From Macrostomum lignano (taxonomy: Eukaryota), in NCBI GenBank assembly GCA_002269645.1, contig NIVC01001630.1:124001-188000 (forward strand): a DNA stretch of 64,000 bases. Reading direction: 5' to 3'. The notes under the pieces are model-generated. The model worked only from the letters and a program-made list of their open reading frames with translations. It ran no database searches and was not told where the DNA came from. Of the stretch, positions 59,565 through 64,000 are shown one piece after another. Each line of letters begins with the position of its first letter. Position 1 is the first letter of the stretch. The position numbers and the translations under genes are program-made.

Positions 59565-62500
59565 TCCCTGCATCTCGATTCATCTCCCTGCATCTCGATT
59601 CCACTCCCTGCATCTCGATTCCACTCCCTGCATCTCGATTCATCTCCCTGCATCTCGATTCAACTCCCTGCATCTCGATTCAACTCCCTGCATCTCGATT
59701 CAACTCCCTGCATCTCGATTCAACAACTCCCTGCATCTCTATTCAACTCCCTGCATCTCGATTCAACTTCCTGCATCTCCCTGCATATTCCTGAATCTCA
59801 CTGAATCTCCCTAAATCTCCCTGCATCTCCCTGCATCTCCCTGCATCTCTCTGCATCTCCTTGCATCTCCCTGCATCTCCCTGCATCTCCTTGAATCTCC
59901 CTGCATCTCCCTGAATCTCACTGAATCTCCCTAAATCTCCCTGCATCTCCTTGCATCTCCCTGCATCTCCCTGCATCTCGATTCATCTCCCTGCATCTCG
60001 ATTCATCTCCCTGCATCTCGATTCAACTCCCTGCATCTCCCTGCATATCCCTGAATCTCACTGAATCTCCCTAAATCTCCCTGCATCTCCCTGAATCTCC
60101 CTGCATCTCCCTGCATCTCCTTGCATCTCCCTGCATCTCCCTGCATCTCCTTGCATCTCCCTGCATCTCCCTGCATCTCGATTCATCTCCCTGCATCTCG
60201 ATTCATCTCCCTGCATCTCGATTCCACTCCCTGCATCTCGATTCATCTCCCTGCATCTCGATTCATCTCCATGCATCTCGATTCAACTCCCTGCATCTCG
60301 ATTCAACTCCCTGCATCTCGATTCCACTCCCTGCATCTCGATTCATCTCCCTGCATCTCGATTCAACTCCCTGCATCTCGATTCAACTCCCTGCATCTCG
60401 ATTCCACTCCCTGCATCTCGATGCAACTCCCTGCATGTCCCTTCATCTCCCTGCATCTCCCTGCATCTCGATTCATCTCCCTGCATCTCGATTCATCTCC
60501 CTGCATCTCGATTCCACTCCCTGCATCTCGATTCAACTCCCTGTATCTCGATTCATCTTCCTGCATCTCGATTCAACAACTCCCTGCATCTCGATTCAAC
60601 TCCCTGCATCTCGATTCCACTCCCTGCATCTCGATTCATCTCCCTGCATCTCGATTCCACTCCCTGCATCTCGATTCAACTCCCTGCATCTCGATTCAAC
60701 TCCCTGCATGTCCCTTCATCTCCCTGCATCTCCCTGCATCTCGATTCATCTCCCTGCATCTCGATTCATCTCCCTGCATCTCGATTCAACTCCCTGCATC
60801 TCCCTGCATATCCCTGAATCTCACTGAATCTCCCTGCATCTCCCTGCATCTCCCTGAATCTCCCTGCATCTCCCTGCATCTCCTTGCATCTCTCTGCATC
60901 TCCCTGCATCTCCTTGCATCTCCCTGCATCTCCCTGCATCTCGATTCATCTCCCTGCATCTCGATTCATCTCCCTGCATCTCGATTCCACTCCCTGCATC
61001 TCGATTCATCTCCCTGCATCTCGATTCATCTCCATGCATCTCGATTCAACTCCCTGCATCTCGATTCAACTCCCTGCATCTCGATTCATCTCCCTGCATC
61101 TCGATTCCACTCCCTGCATCTCGATTCATCTCCCTGCATCTCGATTCAACTCCCTGCATCTCGATTCAACTCCCTGCATCTCGATTCAACTCCCTGCATC
61201 TCGATTCAACTCCCTGCATCTCGATTCAACTCCCTGCATGTCCCTTCATCTCCCTGCATCTCCCTGCATCTCGATTCATCTCCCTGCATCTCGATTCATC
61301 TCCCTGCATCTCGATTCCACTCCCTGCATCTCGATTCAACTCCCTGTATCTCGATTCATCTTCCTGCATCCCGATTCAACAACTCCCTGCATCTCGATTC
61401 AACTCCCTGCATCTCGATTCCACTCCCTGCATCTCGATTCATCTCCCTGCATCTCGATTCCACTCCCTGCATCTCGATTCATCTACCTGCATCTCGATTC
61501 ATCTCCCTGCATCTCGATTCCACTCCCTGCATCTCGATTCAACTCCCTGTATCTCGATTCATCTTCCTGCATCTCGATTCAACAACTCCCTGCATCTCGA
61601 TTCAACTCCCTGCATCTCGATTCCACTCCCTGCATCTCGATTCAACAACTCCCTGCATCTCGATTCAACTCCCTGCATCTCGATTCAACTCCCTGCATCT
61701 CGATTCAACTCCCTGCATCTCGATTCAACTCCCTGTATCTCGATTCATCTCCCTGCATCTCGATTCCACTCCCTGCATGTCCCTTCATCTCCCTGCATCT
61801 CCCTGCATCTCGATTCAACTCCCTGTATCTCGATTCATCTCCATGCATCTCGATTCAACTCCCTGCATCTCGATTCAACAACTCCCTGCATCTCGATTCA
61901 ACTCCCTGCATCTCGATTCAACTCCCTGCATCTCGATTCAACAACTCCCTGCATCTCTATTCAACTCCCTGCATCTCGATTCAACTTCCTGCATCTCCCT
62001 GCATATTCCTGAATCTCACTGAATCTCCCTAAATCTCCCTGCATCTCCCTGCATCTCCCTGCATCTCTCTGCATCTCCTTGCATCTCCCTGCATCTCCCT
62101 GCATCTCCTTGAATCTCCCTGCATCACCCTGAATCTCACTGAATCTCCCTAAATCTCCCTGCATCTCCTTGCATCTCCCTGCATCTCCCTGCATCTCGAT
62201 TCATCTCCCTGCATCTCGATTCATCTCCCTGCATCTCGATTCAACTCCCTGCATCTCCCTGCATATCCCTGAATCTCACTGAATCTCCCTAAATCTCCCT
62301 GCATCTCCCTGAATCTCCCTGCATCTCCCTGCATCTCCTTGCATCTCCCTGCATCTCCCTGCATCTCCCTGCATCTCCCTGCATCTCCCTGCATCTCCCT
62401 GCATCTCCCTGCATCTCCCTGCATCTCCCTGCATCTCCCTGCATCTCCCTGAATCTCCCTGCATCTCTCTGCATCTCCTTGCATCTCCCTGCATCTCCCT

Positions 62501-62990
62501 GCATCTCCTTGAATCTCCCTGCATCTCCCTGAATCTCACTGAATCTCCCTAAATCTCCCTGCATCTCCTTGCATCTCCCTGCATCTCCCTGCATCTCGAT
62601 TCATCTCCCTGCATCTCGATTCAACTCCCTGCATCTCCCTGCATATCCCTGAATCTCACTGAATCTCCCTAAATCTCCCTGCATCTCCCTGAATCTCCCT
62701 GCATCTCCCTGCATCTCCTTGCATCTCCCTGCATCTCCCTGCATCTCCTTGCATCTCCCTGCATCTCCCTGCATCTCCCTTTTTTTAAAACTCTCAAATC
62801 TCTATACACCTCTTTAACATCTTCCTAAGTCTCCCTGGCCTCCCTCCTCACATCTCCCTGCATCTCCCTGCATCTCCCTGCATCTCCCTGCATCTCCCTG
62901 CATCTCCCTGCATCTCCCTGCATCTCCCTGCATCTCTCTGCATCTCCCTGAATCTCCCTGCATCTCCATACATCTCCCTACATCTCCCTA
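59565..62990. repeat. 10/20-bp minisatellite (CTCCCTGCAT[CTCGATTCAA])n in an insc intron
   Basis: Direct reading. The block at ~59743 recurs 2218 bp later. Confidence 0.95.
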
Positions 62991-63864
62991 CATCTCCCTT
63001 TTTTTTAAAACTCTCAAATCTCTATACACCTCTTTAAAGTCTTCCTAAGTCTCCCTGGCCTCCCTCCTCACATCTGCCCGCATCTACCTTCATTATTCCG
63101 AACGATTCAACACTCACTTCATATTCAAATACATAAACAAAAACTTGCTTAAAAGATCAAAGTTAAAAAAGTCAAATAAAATTTCATTAGAATCCTCAAG
63201 CTTTAAAAAACTTGACCGAATCGCTTTGGCCAAGTCGCATGTGAGTCCGACGTTGCTGGGAATTAAAACACGCAACTGAAAACGCATAATTAAAAAAAAT
63301 TTCCCCCAGATTAACAAACAAACAAAGGGGGGATTTTTGCCCCCCCCCCTTTTCTTTCCAAGGAAAATTAGGGGAAATGCGACTGTCTCTACGCTCATCC
63401 CCAGAGGCACGAACCGTCGGGAGAGAGAGGGAGGGACAGAAGAAATCCAACTCAAATTAAAAATTTGATTCCCTCATAGAAATCCGCTTTCTAGCTAAGA
63501 ATTTGTTTTAATCTGGACCTGCGTCCCTCTCTGGAGATTCTTTTCCCTTCCGGTTGTAACAAAAAAAGGACCGCGTTCGAGAAATTGCAAATATACAAAC
63601 AATTTTTTTTCAATACTCTACTAGGACGGCAGTTTGTTTGGACTGGAAACCGGACAGAAATATCCCTCCCATGTGTTAGTAACAGGGTGAATGGGAAAGC
63701 ATGTTAAAGTTTAATTTACCCGGGCCTCAACTTCTATAGTCTCTCTTCACCCTGTTGGAAAGTAAAATGTTTTGAAATAATTTCAACGATGTTGCAAACA
63801 CTGAATGTAATGTCTGCTTATATGAAGTCTGCTTCACTTATCTGTGGAATTCTGTAAAGTGTGT

Positions 63865-64000
63865 TGGAAAGTCCGTAAAGTCGGCTGTAAAGTCTATACA
63901 GTCTGTAAAGTCGGTTCTAAAGTCTATACAGTCTGTAAAGTCGGTTGTAAAGTCTATACAGTCTGTAAAGTCGGCTGTAATGTCTATACAGTCTGTAAAC
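63865..64000. repeat. 30-bp tandem repeat (GTCTGTAAAGTCGGTTCTAAAGTCTATACA)n running off the right edge
   Basis: Direct reading. Confidence 0.85.

Noticed and set aside
56740-62594. ORFs up to 633 aa (CGAKMSA.., SIRSLSDLY.., LHLDSTPC..)
   Set aside because: Minisatellites in insc introns, open in multiple frames, with no splice or domain support.

Overview
This is repeat-rich, intron-containing animal DNA. It is probably an invertebrate; the minisatellite-filled introns and TTAGGG tracts resemble a Macrostomum-type flatworm, which I could not verify. Two conserved genes can be rebuilt by hand with phase-compatible splice sites: a 4-exon IAP (BIR-BIR-RING, + strand, 3334-7404) and the 3' part of inscuteable (- strand, 52519-59460). 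The 13-36 kb region holds a tandem array of six paralogous small orphan genes. These show first-exon swapping, an acidic YPEEFE repeat, a C-terminal LPCGCxx motif and, in two copies, a TGA formed at a splice junction ahead of a conserved tail. The 36.2-50.1 kb region is a head-to-tail stack of three different non-autonomous Helitron-like elements, with a fourth copy at 1-2935. Each carries a tRNA-like A/B-box module followed by its own minisatellite. Also present are a Gypsy pol relic, a solo LTR, Penelope GIY-YIG, mariner and LINE relics, MITE/MULE-like elements and many minisatellites. Most long ORFs in the ORF track are repeat artefacts.
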